The translations under genes were made by a program, and so were the position numbers. Below the pieces are notes generated by a model that was not told where the DNA came from, did not search any database, and saw only the letters and a list, made by a program, of their open reading frames with translations. A stretch of 39,920 nucleotides of DNA from IMG/VR virus record IMGVR_UViG_3300037601_000117, positions 1 to 39,920 of that record, one strand, 5' to 3'. Positions 17,425-26,812 of this stretch are shown here, piece by piece; position 1 is the stretch's first letter, and each line of letters starts with the position of its first letter. This stretch comes from a virus (taxonomy: Duplodnaviria > Caudoviricetes).

Positions 17425-17844
17425 ATGACTGCACTCTCGATCACGGCTGCCAATGTCCTCGCCGCATCCGGCGCGAATGTGGAGAACGGGGTGGCCGGCG
17501 CTGCAATCACCCAGGGCGAGGTTGTTTACCGCAACAGCACCAACAGCAAATACGGGCTTGCCGATTGCGACGCTGCGACTTCCGGTGTGCGCGAGGCTTA
17601 CGGCATAGCGCTGAATTCGGCTTCCGATGGACAGCCGCAACAGGTGCTCAAGAGCGGCGACATCACGATCGGGGCAACGCTGACCGTGGGGCTTGCCTAC
17701 TATCTCGGCGCGACGGCCGGCGAGATCGTGCCCTATGCGGATCTGGTCGAGGATGACTACATCGTTTTTATCGGCGTTGCGAAGTCGGCATCTGTGCTTT
17801 CGGTATCCATCAACAACACCGGTGCGCAGGTTCCGGCCGCCTGA
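17425..17844 (+). CDS. Probable capsid decoration/cement-like virion protein between terS and terL
   Basis: 139 aa, Ala/Gly/beta-rich (AGAAITQGEVVY..., GIALN, YYLG...GEI); CAGGAG RBS. Confidence 0.6.
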   Translation: MTALSITAANVLAASGANVENGVAGAAITQGEVVYRNSTNSKYGLADCDAATSGVREAYGIALNSASDGQPQQVLKSGDITIGATLTVGLAYYLGATAGEIVPYADLVEDDYIVFIGVAKSASVLSVSINNTGAQVPAA

Positions 17845-17870
17845 CGTTTCACTGAACAGGCTTGTCCGGA

Positions 17871-20009
17871 GTGCTTGATCGAAAGCAGATCATCGCCCGC
17901 TTCCTGGGCGACATGCCGCCGCCGCCGTTTGCGGATCCATCCTCGATCGTGGCGCAGGCCCTGCCGGCACTGCGTTCTCCGCGGCGAATCGACGTTCCGA
18001 CCTGGGCCTCGGAAAGCCGTTACATCCGGACCCTTGCCTATTCGGGTCGGTGGCAAAACGATTTTGCGCCCTACATGGTCGAACCTGCAAGACAGGTCAC
18101 CAGTCGGCGGTATGGGGCTGTGGTGTTTTGTGGTCCGGCGCGAACCGTCAAGACCGAACACCTGATCCAGAACACGATCGGCCACCGGGTCGACTGCATG
18201 CCGCGAAACATGCTTGTGCTATGTCCGACGAAGGACACGGCCCGCGAGTTTTCAATCGAGAAGGTCGACGGCATGATCCGGGTCACGCCAAGCGTTGCGG
18301 CGAAGCTCGGCAAGGGACGGGGCGACAACAATATTCACGACAAGCGGTTCGAAGGCGGAATGCGTCTGAGGATCGGATGGCCGGTGATCGGTCAGCTTTC
18401 CATGTTCGACATTCCCGATGTGCTGTTTACCGATTACGACCGCATGGTCGAAGATGTCGACGGCGAGGGATCGCCCTTCGACCTCGGGCGGAAGCGCACT
18501 CAGACCTTCGGATCGCTCGGCATGACAGTCGCGGAAGGATCACCGGGGCGGCCGATCCTCGTGGATGACTGGAAACCGGAGACGCCGCACCAGGCGCCGC
18601 CGACCACCGGCATCCTGTCGATCTACAATCGTGGCACGCGCGGAAAGCTCTATTGGCACTGCCCTGATTGCGGGGACCGGTTCCAGCCCTTGTTCGAGCG
18701 GCTGCAATGGCAGACCAGCGAATCGGCAGGTCAATCAGCCAAGACAGTCGAGATGGTGTGCCCGCATTGTGGTGGCCTGATCCGTCATGCGCAAAAGGGC
18801 GCATTGAACCAGGCCGCAGTCTGGTTGCACGAAACCGATGACGGCGAATTGTGCGAGATCGACGATCCGCGCATCCGGTCAACCGACATCGTGTCCTATT
18901 GGTGCGAGGGGCCAGTGGCGGCCATGCAGCCTTGGGACCAGCTGGTTTTGAGGTATCTGCAGGGGCGCGAGGAATTCGACCGCACCGGAGACGAAAGCAG
19001 CATCAAGACCACGATCAATGTCGACCAGGGTCGACCGTATCTGCCGCAGGTCCGGACGCTCGGCGAAGGGCTAAACGAGGATGTTCTGAAAACGCTGGCG
19101 TTGGCCTATCCGATGTCGGTGGCGCCACGTGAAACGCGCTTTGTCACGCTGTCGGTGGATGTGCAGGGCAACCGCTTCGTGGTGCAGGCGGATGCCTACG
19201 GTGTCGGGCTTGAGCGGTGGTTGTTCGAGCGGTTCGACATGCTTCTGCCGCCCGACCATGCCCCGAATGCCGACGGCAAGCGTGCGATCGATCCGGGCCG
19301 CTACAGTGAAGACTGGGATGTGTTGTGGGATCTGCTGGAACGGCGCTGGCCGGTGGCGGGCACCGGTTACGGGCTGATGGCGCGGGCGATGATCATTGAC
19401 ATGCGCGGTGCTGCGGGCGTGACCGAAAACGCCTATCGCTTCTGGCGCGAAGCGGGCAAGCGGGGGCTTCGCCACCGGGTGTTCCTGGCAAACAACCAGT
19501 CCGGTTTGCAGGGCGACCGGGCGTTTTACTCGGAGCCGGAAAAAGTACTCGGCAACCGGAAGAAAAAGCGCACCGATTTGAGGACGGTACGGATACGCAC
19601 GGACATGCTGAAGGATGAGGTGGCGCTGGCGCTCACCCGAAAGGAGCCCGGACCGGGAGCCTATCATCTGCCGAAGGACTTGCCGGATCCGGTGTTCGCG
19701 GAGTTCTGCGCCGAGCATCGGACCGACAAGGGCTGGGAGCCGCGGCGGTCAGGTCTGCGCAATGAAGCGCTCGATCTTTCGGTCTATTCGAAAGGCCTGG
19801 TGATCGTTCTGAAGGGCGAGAAAATCGACTGGAGCCACGCGCCTGCATGGGCCGCCGAGATGCCGGCGAACAATTATGCCGAGGCGTCGATCGATGTGGT
19901 GGCCGCAACAGCACCGGCTGCAGATCCTGCTTCGGAGTTATCCGATCCGGCGCCTGCACCTGCACCAAGGCCTCGCCGGGGCCGGCGTGTCTTTTCAAAA
20001 GGGATCTGA
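17871..20009 (+). CDS. Terminase large subunit (lambda gpA family)
   Basis: PYMVEP, Walker A-like GPARTVKT, DYDR Walker B, CPDC/CPHC zinc motif, SVDVQ and NEALD nuclease motifs. Confidence 0.93.
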   Translation: MLDRKQIIARFLGDMPPPPFADPSSIVAQALPALRSPRRIDVPTWASESRYIRTLAYSGRWQNDFAPYMVEPARQVTSRRYGAVVFCGPARTVKTEHLIQNTIGHRVDCMPRNMLVLCPTKDTAREFSIEKVDGMIRVTPSVAAKLGKGRGDNNIHDKRFEGGMRLRIGWPVIGQLSMFDIPDVLFTDYDRMVEDVDGEGSPFDLGRKRTQTFGSLGMTVAEGSPGRPILVDDWKPETPHQAPPTTGILSIYNRGTRGKLYWHCPDCGDRFQPLFERLQWQTSESAGQSAKTVEMVCPHCGGLIRHAQKGALNQAAVWLHETDDGELCEIDDPRIRSTDIVSYWCEGPVAAMQPWDQLVLRYLQGREEFDRTGDESSIKTTINVDQGRPYLPQVRTLGEGLNEDVLKTLALAYPMSVAPRETRFVTLSVDVQGNRFVVQADAYGVGLERWLFERFDMLLPPDHAPNADGKRAIDPGRYSEDWDVLWDLLERRWPVAGTGYGLMARAMIIDMRGAAGVTENAYRFWREAGKRGLRHRVFLANNQSGLQGDRAFYSEPEKVLGNRKKKRTDLRTVRIRTDMLKDEVALALTRKEPGPGAYHLPKDLPDPVFAEFCAEHRTDKGWEPRRSGLRNEALDLSVYSKGLVIVLKGEKIDWSHAPAWAAEMPANNYAEASIDVVAATAPAADPASELSDPAPAPAPRPRRGRRVFSKGI

Positions 20010-20012
20010 GCC

Positions 20013-20237
20013 ATGACGGGAATCACGCTGGCAACGGCGCAAGCGCAACTCGATCTCTGGGTGGCGGCGGATGCGGCGGTTTCGAAAAACCAGTCCTATT
20101 CCATCGCCGGGCGATCGCTGACGCGGGCCGATGCAGGGACGATCACGGAAAAAATCGACTACTGGCAGCGCCAGGTCGCGCGGCTCTCCGCCCGGGCATC
20201 GGGCCGCAGCCGCATACGCTACATTGTGGGTGAATGA
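20013..20237 (+). CDS. Head-tail joining protein (gpW-like)
   Basis: QSYSIAGRSLTRAD motif, between terL and portal. Confidence 0.85.
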   Translation: MTGITLATAQAQLDLWVAADAAVSKNQSYSIAGRSLTRADAGTITEKIDYWQRQVARLSARASGRSRIRYIVGE

Positions 20238-21817
20238 TCATGCGGATTGCAAAGCCGACGCTCCTGGATCGTCTCATCGGTACGGTTGCCCCGGCGCGCG
20301 CGCTCGAACGCCTCAAGGCGCGAACGCTCCTGCAGGCCTATACCGGCGGGAAGGGTGGCTATGCCGGCGGCAAGCGCGACCGGCGCGGCCTTGCCAATTT
20401 CATTCCCGAAGGCGGCAGCGCCGATGCGGACCTGTTGCCGGAAGCCGATGACCTGCGCGCGCGTTCCCGGCACATCGCGCGCAACGTGCCTGTCGCGACT
20501 GGCGCCATCGCGACCAACAAGACGCACGTGATCGGCGACGGGCTGGCGGTAAAGGCAGCCTGTGACTACTCGGTTCTCGGCATCAGCGAAACGCAGGCTC
20601 AGGACTGGAACGCCGCGGCCGACCGTGAATTCCGGCTCGCATGCACCTCGATCGACTGGACAAGGGTCGAGGAGTTCGGGGATTTGCAGGACACGGTGTT
20701 CGGGTCGGAGCTTGAAAGCGGGGATGTCTTTGCGATCCGCAGGTTCAGGCTCGATGCGGGCGACAGCTACGGAACGAAGGTCCAGGTCATTGAGGCCGAT
20801 CGGGTGTGCAACCCCTTTAACGGCCAGGATACGGATCTGCTCCGGGGCGGGGTTGAGCACAATGCGAGCGGGGTTCCGATCGCGATTCATGTCGCGGACC
20901 GGCATCCCGGCGATCTTTACAGGAAGCCGGTGAACTGGCGGAGGGTGCCTCTCCGTTACAATGACGGGCGCCGGATCGTCATTCACCTGATCAACCGGTC
21001 GCGGCCGGACCAGACGCGTGGCATCCCCTATTTTGCGCCCGTGATCGAAGCCATCAAGGCATTCGGGGATTATCAGGAGGCCGAGGTTCGGGCCGCCGTC
21101 GTCTCCGCGATGTTCACGGTCTTCGTGAAGCGGCTTCCAGGCGATGAAGATGCCGGACCGCTCGCGGGTGGTGAAACCGGTTCGGACGAAAAGAACATCG
21201 AAATGGGCTCCGGGGCTGTCATCGGTCTCGACGAGGGCGAGGACGTCACAATTGCAAACCCGATGCGGCCGAACCCGAATTTCGACGGGTTTGCGCAGGC
21301 ATTCCTGAGGCTGGTCGGCGTGGCGCTGGAACTGCCCTTCGAGCTGCTGATCAAGCATTTCACGGCAAGTTACTCGGCATCGAAGGCTGCGCTGGAAATG
21401 GCCTATCACAGTTTCCGCAAACGCAGGACCCGTTTTGCGCGCCAGTTCGTGGCGGAGGTGCGGGGCTGGGTCATCGAGGAGGCGGTGCTCACCGGCCGCA
21501 TCACGGCACCGGGCTTCTTCGATGATCCGATCCTTCGCCAGGCGTGGCTGCGCGCGGAGATCACCGGACCGGTCCGGATCTCACTCGATCCGAAAAAGGA
21601 TGCGGAAGCCGACGCGCTCGACCGCAAGAACGGGTTCAAGACGTCACAGCAGATCATGACGGAACGGACGGGCGGCGACTTCGATGTGAAGGCGGACACC
21701 ATCTCGCGCGAAAATGCGCGTTTGGCGGACGCCGGTCAGTCAACGGCGGACAGTTCTACGTCCTCGCCATCCGAAGCCGATCCGGCTCAACTGAAAGAGG
21801 ATATGCAGGATGCCTGA
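20234..21817 (+). CDS. Portal protein, lambda family
   Basis: LRARSR...RN, QVIEADR, R..QTRG.P.FAPV, F.ASYSASKAA and DP.KDA motifs. Confidence 0.93.
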   Translation: MIMRIAKPTLLDRLIGTVAPARALERLKARTLLQAYTGGKGGYAGGKRDRRGLANFIPEGGSADADLLPEADDLRARSRHIARNVPVATGAIATNKTHVIGDGLAVKAACDYSVLGISETQAQDWNAAADREFRLACTSIDWTRVEEFGDLQDTVFGSELESGDVFAIRRFRLDAGDSYGTKVQVIEADRVCNPFNGQDTDLLRGGVEHNASGVPIAIHVADRHPGDLYRKPVNWRRVPLRYNDGRRIVIHLINRSRPDQTRGIPYFAPVIEAIKAFGDYQEAEVRAAVVSAMFTVFVKRLPGDEDAGPLAGGETGSDEKNIEMGSGAVIGLDEGEDVTIANPMRPNPNFDGFAQAFLRLVGVALELPFELLIKHFTASYSASKAALEMAYHSFRKRRTRFARQFVAEVRGWVIEEAVLTGRITAPGFFDDPILRQAWLRAEITGPVRISLDPKKDAEADALDRKNGFKTSQQIMTERTGGDFDVKADTISRENARLADAGQSTADSSTSSPSEADPAQLKEDMQDA

Positions 21818-23201
21818 TTTCAACATGAAGGCGCTCGCCTCGACCTTTCTGCAGGCGATCAACGGCGGTTCGCCCGGAGGACTTTCGCTTTGGGCCGTGC
21901 GTGCCGAAGCGATCGGCGAAGGGCTGAACGCGGCGCGAAACCTTCGCGAACCCGGCCCTGCAGGCGTCGGGCATATGATGGATTCGAGGCGGGGCCAGCC
22001 TTACGGCAAGGGAAGCTTTGTGCGTGTGGTCGGGTCGACGGCGGTGGTGCCGGTGACAGGTCCGATCAATGCGCGGCGAAACTGGAGCTTTACAAGTTAC
22101 GACGAGATCGCAGCTGACATCGCCATGGTTGCACAAGACCAGGAGATCAATGCGATCCTCATCGACATCAACAGCCCCGGCGGGATGGTTGCCAATATCG
22201 ATACGGCAGTCAATGCGATCCGGCAGGCAGCGGAAATCAAGCCGGTGACCGCCTTTATCGACGGGATTGGCGCAAGTGCTGCTTACTGGCTTGCGGCGGC
22301 TTCCGGCCGCGTGATCGCTTCGCCGACATCACTGGTCGGATCGGTGGGCTCTCTGATCCGTTATGTCGATCTTGAAGGCATTCTCACGAAAATGGGTGCG
22401 ACCACCGTCGAGGTTATTGCAGCGCAAAGCCCGAACAAGCGGCTCGATCCGAATTCGGAGGAAGGCCGGGCGGAGCTGCAGGCAATCGCCGATGATGGCG
22501 CGGAGATGTTCATTGCCGGTCTTGAGCAATCCCGCGGCGTCCCCCGCGCAGATATTCTGGAAAGTTACGGTCAGGGCCTCGTCTTTCATGCCCGGGAAGC
22601 GCTGAAGCGCAGAATGGTGGACGCGGTGATGACGCTCGAAGAAACACTCGCGGATCTGGCGGCCCGCAGTGACAATCCCGAACGCGCGGACGCCGCCGCC
22701 GCGCCGAACGGCCAGGAGACTATCATGGCAGACAAAGAGACTGGTCAGGCCGAAAAGCCTGCAAAGACGCCGGTCACCGTGGAAGGCCTTCGGGCCGCGC
22801 ATGGTGAATTGATCAGCGGCATCGAAGCCGAAGCCGAAAGCCGGGGCGCCACCGCCGAGCGCGAACGCATTCTGGGCATCGAGGCGCAGGCCTTGCCCGG
22901 GCAGGATGCGCTCATCGCCGAGATGAAGGCGGACGGCAAGACCACGCCGGAACAGGCGGCGGTGCGCGTTCTTTCGGCAATGAAGGCGCAGGGCGGCGGC
23001 GCCCTTGCAGCCCTTCAGAAGATGGACAAGGCCGCTGAAGGCGTGGTCTCGACGCCGAGCGGCGATGCGCCGGACGGTGCGAAACCCAAAGCGACCACGC
23101 CGGAGGGCTGGAAAGCGGAATGGGAAGGCTCGGACAAGCTCAAGGCTGAGTTCCCGACCGTCGAATCCTACGTGGCAACGATGAGGCGCGAGGCGGCCTG
23201 A
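21810..23201 (+). CDS. S49 prohead protease (gpC-like) with C-terminal scaffold domain
   Basis: DINSPGG, ASAAYWLA and VGSVG motifs. Confidence 0.92.
   Translation: MPDFNMKALASTFLQAINGGSPGGLSLWAVRAEAIGEGLNAARNLREPGPAGVGHMMDSRRGQPYGKGSFVRVVGSTAVVPVTGPINARRNWSFTSYDEIAADIAMVAQDQEINAILIDINSPGGMVANIDTAVNAIRQAAEIKPVTAFIDGIGASAAYWLAAASGRVIASPTSLVGSVGSLIRYVDLEGILTKMGATTVEVIAAQSPNKRLDPNSEEGRAELQAIADDGAEMFIAGLEQSRGVPRADILESYGQGLVFHAREALKRRMVDAVMTLEETLADLAARSDNPERADAAAAPNGQETIMADKETGQAEKPAKTPVTVEGLRAAHGELISGIEAEAESRGATAERERILGIEAQALPGQDALIAEMKADGKTTPEQAAVRVLSAMKAQGGGALAALQKMDKAAEGVVSTPSGDAPDGAKPKATTPEGWKAEWEGSDKLKAEFPTVESYVATMRREAA
22725..23201 (+). CDS. Nested in-frame scaffolding protein (Nu3-like)
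   Basis: Internal CAGGAG RBS before an in-frame ATG (MADKETG...AERERILGI), as in lambda C/Nu3. Confidence 0.65.
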   Translation: MADKETGQAEKPAKTPVTVEGLRAAHGELISGIEAEAESRGATAERERILGIEAQALPGQDALIAEMKADGKTTPEQAAVRVLSAMKAQGGGALAALQKMDKAAEGVVSTPSGDAPDGAKPKATTPEGWKAEWEGSDKLKAEFPTVESYVATMRREAA

Positions 23202-23266
23202 CCGCCTGACGCACCGGGCTTTCCCGCGGGCCTTGCCCTCCGCTTCTCAAAACAGGAACCGATATC

Positions 23267-23842
23267 ATGAACAAGTCCGTTCTCTGGGCGGCTGGTCTTG
23301 GCGTGCTTTGCGCCCTGGCTGCCCTCACCATGCTTGCTGCTCCGGATGGCCTCGGCCATGTGGCGCAGTTCGTTCTGTCTCCCGAAACCGGCCTCGCCAT
23401 GACGACGCTGGCGGCAAATGCCGAGCGCCGATACGTGATGGGCGACAATGCCGATTATCCGATGATCGCCGACGACATCATCTTCCAAGGTGCGGCCGTC
23501 GGCGAAAACGGCTCGGGATATTCCCGGCCATTGCAGGCCGGCGATCCTTTCCAGGGGTTTGCCGAGGCCAAGGTCGACAATACCGGCGGATCGGCCGGGG
23601 ATCTCGACGTGCATGTGAAGACAAAGGGCCGCGTACAGCTTGCCGTTGCCGGAGCGACGGACGTGACGGCAAACGATCGGCCTCTCGTCTATGCGTCCGA
23701 TGACAACACGTTCACACTGACCGCAAGCACGAACAGTCCGATCGGGACCGTGCTGCGCTGGATTTCCTCCGGCGTCGCGGTTGTCGAGTTCGACGCGCAG
23801 CTTGCGTCGGAGATCCGCCTCCGCGTGGCCGGCGACGTCTGA
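23267..23842 (+). CDS. Head decoration/cement protein with a hydrophobic N-terminal extension
   Basis: Core MTTLAAN...IFQGAAVG...GFAEAKVDN...VYASDDNTFTLT directly before the capsid gene; CAGGAA RBS at the upstream ATG. Confidence 0.75.
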   Translation: MNKSVLWAAGLGVLCALAALTMLAAPDGLGHVAQFVLSPETGLAMTTLAANAERRYVMGDNADYPMIADDIIFQGAAVGENGSGYSRPLQAGDPFQGFAEAKVDNTGGSAGDLDVHVKTKGRVQLAVAGATDVTANDRPLVYASDDNTFTLTASTNSPIGTVLRWISSGVAVVEFDAQLASEIRLRVAGDV

Positions 23843-23900
23843 TCCGGTTTCCCGACCGGGCAGGCATTTGACCTGACATTGCATCTGAAAGGACAAGACG

Positions 23901-24839
23901 ATGCTTCCAATGCAGCATACGAAAATCACGGAGAGGGGCGTGCGTGGCATGATCCTCGCGGAACTGGAAACTGGTTCCGCCGCCTGGGTGGGACAGCTCG
24001 CCATGCAGGTCGGTTCCGACCAGGCGGTCGAGGAATATGCCTGGCTCGGCACCGCGCCCGCCATGCGCGAATTCCTTGACGGGCGCAGCCCGGCCGAGCT
24101 GAGGGAGAATTCCTTCACGATCTCGAACAAGGACTATGAAGGTTCGATCACCATCAAGTCCAAGGACATGCGCCGCGACAAGCTGGGCATGATCCGGGTC
24201 CGCGTGGCTCAGCTTTCGCAGCGGGCGATGGATCACCCGGCGAAACTGCTGTCGAGCCTGATCATGGCCGGAGAATCCACCACCTGTTACGATGGGCAGT
24301 TCTTTTTCGACACCGATCACTCGGAAGGGGATTCCGGAACCCAGTCGAACGATATCGGCCACACCGTTGTATCGTCGACTGCCCCGACAGCCGACGAGTT
24401 CGCCGAAGGCATCCTGAAAGCGACCCAGGCCATGTACGGGATCAAGGACGATCGCGGCGAGCCGATGAACCAGTCGGCAAACGAGTTTACCGTGATGGTG
24501 CCGACGTCGCTGATGTCCCCGGCGCTCAAGGCGGTGAATATCCTTCTCGGCGAGGGCGGCAAGACCGCGGCCCTTGCCGCGCTGAAGGGCGAGTTCACGA
24601 TCAACATCGTGATCAATCCGCGCCTGACCTGGACCACGAAGTTTGCCGTGTTCCGCACGGACAACGCCGCCAAGGCCTTCATCCTGCAGGAGGAAGGTCA
24701 GCCCGACGTCATCTCGCTTGGCGAGGGGACGGAATACGAGCAGCTCAACAAGGAACAGCTGTTCGGCATCGATTGGTCCGGAAATGTGGGCTACGGCTAC
24801 TGGCAGTTCGCCTGCCTGGTGACGATGTCCGACGCCTGA
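23901..24839 (+). CDS. Major capsid protein, Mu gpT-like family
   Basis: EEYAWLG..PAMREF, NKDYE, D.LG, CYDGQFFFDTDH and GYGYWQ motifs. Confidence 0.9.
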   Translation: MLPMQHTKITERGVRGMILAELETGSAAWVGQLAMQVGSDQAVEEYAWLGTAPAMREFLDGRSPAELRENSFTISNKDYEGSITIKSKDMRRDKLGMIRVRVAQLSQRAMDHPAKLLSSLIMAGESTTCYDGQFFFDTDHSEGDSGTQSNDIGHTVVSSTAPTADEFAEGILKATQAMYGIKDDRGEPMNQSANEFTVMVPTSLMSPALKAVNILLGEGGKTAALAALKGEFTINIVINPRLTWTTKFAVFRTDNAAKAFILQEEGQPDVISLGEGTEYEQLNKEQLFGIDWSGNVGYGYWQFACLVTMSDA

Positions 24840-24864
24840 CCGGCGAGGGACTGACTGAAACCAA

Positions 24865-24893
24865 AATGCCCCGGCCTCTCGCGCCGGGGCATT
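24865..24893 (+). terminator. Hairpin after the capsid gene (terminator or mRNA stabiliser)
   Basis: AATGCCCCGGC-N7-GCCGGGGCATT 11-bp stem with only a weak U tract on the + strand. Confidence 0.55.
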
Positions 24894-24920
24894 CTCCCCG
24901 ACAAAAAGAAAGACAAGATC

Positions 24921-25282
24921 ATGATTAAGATCACATGCGAAGGCGTAGTGACGATGCCGCGCGGTGCGGTTCTGAAACTGAGCGCTGAACAGGCCAGCCG
25001 CCGCGAATGGGCGCTTCAGCCTGTCGAGGGCAAGAAAAGCCAGTTCGAGGTTCTTCAGCCAGTGCAGTTCAAGCATGGCGAGGAATTCGGGTTTCTTGGC
25101 GATCCGGAGACGCTGCCGCGTGCCCTGAGGCCGGAAAAGCCCGCCAGAAAGACGGGTGCCCCCCTGGCGGCAAGCCCGAAGGTTCTGACAGCGCGGGCGG
25201 TGACGGCGCTGATTCGGGTGTGAGCGGTGGCGAAAACCCTGATGGTGCCGCAAGCAACGGCGCACAGACGCCGGCAAGCTGA
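24921..25282 (+). CDS. Hypothetical virion-associated protein, apparently frameshifted near 25160
   Basis: Frame 1 stops at 25223. The -1 frame continues with a Gly/Ser/Asp-rich tail to a TGA overlapping the next ATG at 25282. Confidence 0.55.
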
Positions 25283-25596
25283 TGGCGGTTGAAAGTGCAG
25301 CCGACCGGTTGAGCTTTCTCGATGCCGACGAGTTCGGCGTCACCGCAAGCTACGTGCATGACGGCGGCGCGGCTATCGAGGTCTCCGGCATCTTCGATGC
25401 GGAACACCAGATGCTGGGTCTCGGCGACGGGGACATTGCGTCGGTCGGGCCTGAGTTCAACTGCCGCGAGGCGGATCTGCCGGCCGGCTATGGCGACGGC
25501 GACGAGATCACGGTGAATGCGGTTCTCTATTTCGTTCGTCATCCCGAGCCCGACGGGACCGGGATGGTGAAGCTCAGGCTGGAGCGTGACCAGTGA
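25282..25596 (+). CDS. Head-tail joining protein (gpFII-like head closure)
   Basis: FLDADEFG...GIFD...GD.ITV...Y.V...EPDGTGM.KL.L pattern. Confidence 0.8.
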   Translation: MAVESAADRLSFLDADEFGVTASYVHDGGAAIEVSGIFDAEHQMLGLGDGDIASVGPEFNCREADLPAGYGDGDEITVNAVLYFVRHPEPDGTGMVKLRLERDQ

Positions 25597-26036
25597 TCCA
25601 CATACGTCGACAGATTCGCGAGAAGATCGCCGCGCTTTTTGACGATGACCGCCCGTTGATCTTCAAGCGGGTGGAGACCGACCGCGTGCACCCCCTCGAC
25701 GGCAAGACCATGCTGCCCTGCCTCGAGGTGAGTTTCGAAGGTGAGGAGATCGGCGAACGCGCCATGCTTGGCGAGGCCAAGCAGCGACTGATGAACTTCG
25801 CAATCACCCTTTCGGCGAAAACCAAGGATCTCGCCGATGCACTCGATGAAAGGGCGCTGATTGTCGAACGCAAGATGGCGGCGGACATGACGCTTGGCGG
25901 CCTGGTGCTGCATGTCCAGCACACCGGCACGACATACGAGACATCGCCGGACGGGGAAGCCCGGGCCGGCGCATTGCAGCTTACCTATGCGGCGCTGGTG
26001 ATGACGCCGGAGGGTGACGCCTCTCGGCGTGCCTGA
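25593..26036 (+). CDS. Tail terminator protein (gpU-like)
   Basis: HIRRQIR...LD.....VE..M..D.TLGGL pattern; directly before the tail tube gene. Confidence 0.75.
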   Translation: MIHIRRQIREKIAALFDDDRPLIFKRVETDRVHPLDGKTMLPCLEVSFEGEEIGERAMLGEAKQRLMNFAITLSAKTKDLADALDERALIVERKMAADMTLGGLVLHVQHTGTTYETSPDGEARAGALQLTYAALVMTPEGDASRRA

Positions 26037-26081
26037 TCCTCATCACGACACCTCACGACTTATCTTTGAAAGGAACAGGCG

Positions 26082-26486
26082 ATGACCGTTTATTCGGGCA
26101 ATGACGGCGTGGCGAAGGTTGGTGCTTCCCCGGCCGAGGTCTCCAAGGTGACCGAATTCCAGATCGAGGCCACAGCCGAGGTCGATCGCACCGACGGCAT
26201 GGGCGAGGAGTGGACAGACAGCCTGGTGACGAAAAAGAATTGGTCCGGTTCAATGACCTGCAAGCGCAATGCGGCGGACACGAACGGGCAGGAGGCGATT
26301 GTCGAGGTCGGAACCGTCATTGCTGCGGAGTTCTATCCCGACAGTGACGCCACCGGACGAACGAAGCTTTCGGGTGATGTCATCGTGACCGGCGTGACCG
26401 AGGGTGCAAACCACGAGGCGGCTAATGAAATCAGCTTCTCATTCCTCGGGAAGGGCGCGCTGACGCGCGGCACGGTGGGCGCATGA
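26082..26486 (+). CDS. Major tail tube protein
   Basis: 134 aa, GAAAGGA RBS, WSGS and SFSFLGKGALT tube-type motifs. Confidence 0.8.
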   Translation: MTVYSGNDGVAKVGASPAEVSKVTEFQIEATAEVDRTDGMGEEWTDSLVTKKNWSGSMTCKRNAADTNGQEAIVEVGTVIAAEFYPDSDATGRTKLSGDVIVTGVTEGANHEAANEISFSFLGKGALTRGTVGA

Positions 26487-26812
26487 CGGCGCTTCTGGAC
26501 AGGGCCCGGGCGCACTGGGCTGAATCGCGCTCGGGCAAGGTGGAGATCGCAGAGTGGGGTGTGACCGTGCATTACAACGCGATGACGCTCAGGGAGCACA
26601 ACGTCTTCGAGCAGGATTATGCCAATGACCCGACGCTGGCGATTGCCAAGCTGGTGCAGGCACGTTCGCTCGACGACAAGGGAAAGCGGTTTTTCGATGA
26701 CGATCTGTCGACGACGACGGGGCTGCGCGACGATACCGATCCACAGATCCTGCTGAAGCTCGCCACCCATATGCGCGGCCAGGCGAGCGAAAAGCAAGCG
26801 GCAAAAAACTAA
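26483..26812 (+). CDS. Tail assembly chaperone (gpG-like)
   Basis: Between the tube and tape measure genes; ends at the slippery A AAA AAC TAA. Confidence 0.8.
   Translation: MTALLDRARAHWAESRSGKVEIAEWGVTVHYNAMTLREHNVFEQDYANDPTLAIAKLVQARSLDDKGKRFFDDDLSTTTGLRDDTDPQILLKLATHMRGQASEKQAAKN

Noticed and set aside
5620-23201. Recurrent C-terminal EAAQ/EAAE/EAA in several proteins
   Set aside because: Mostly explained by the GAGGC(G/T/C)GC RBS of the coupled next gene, a common feature of alphaproteobacterial phage genes. No separate element is needed.
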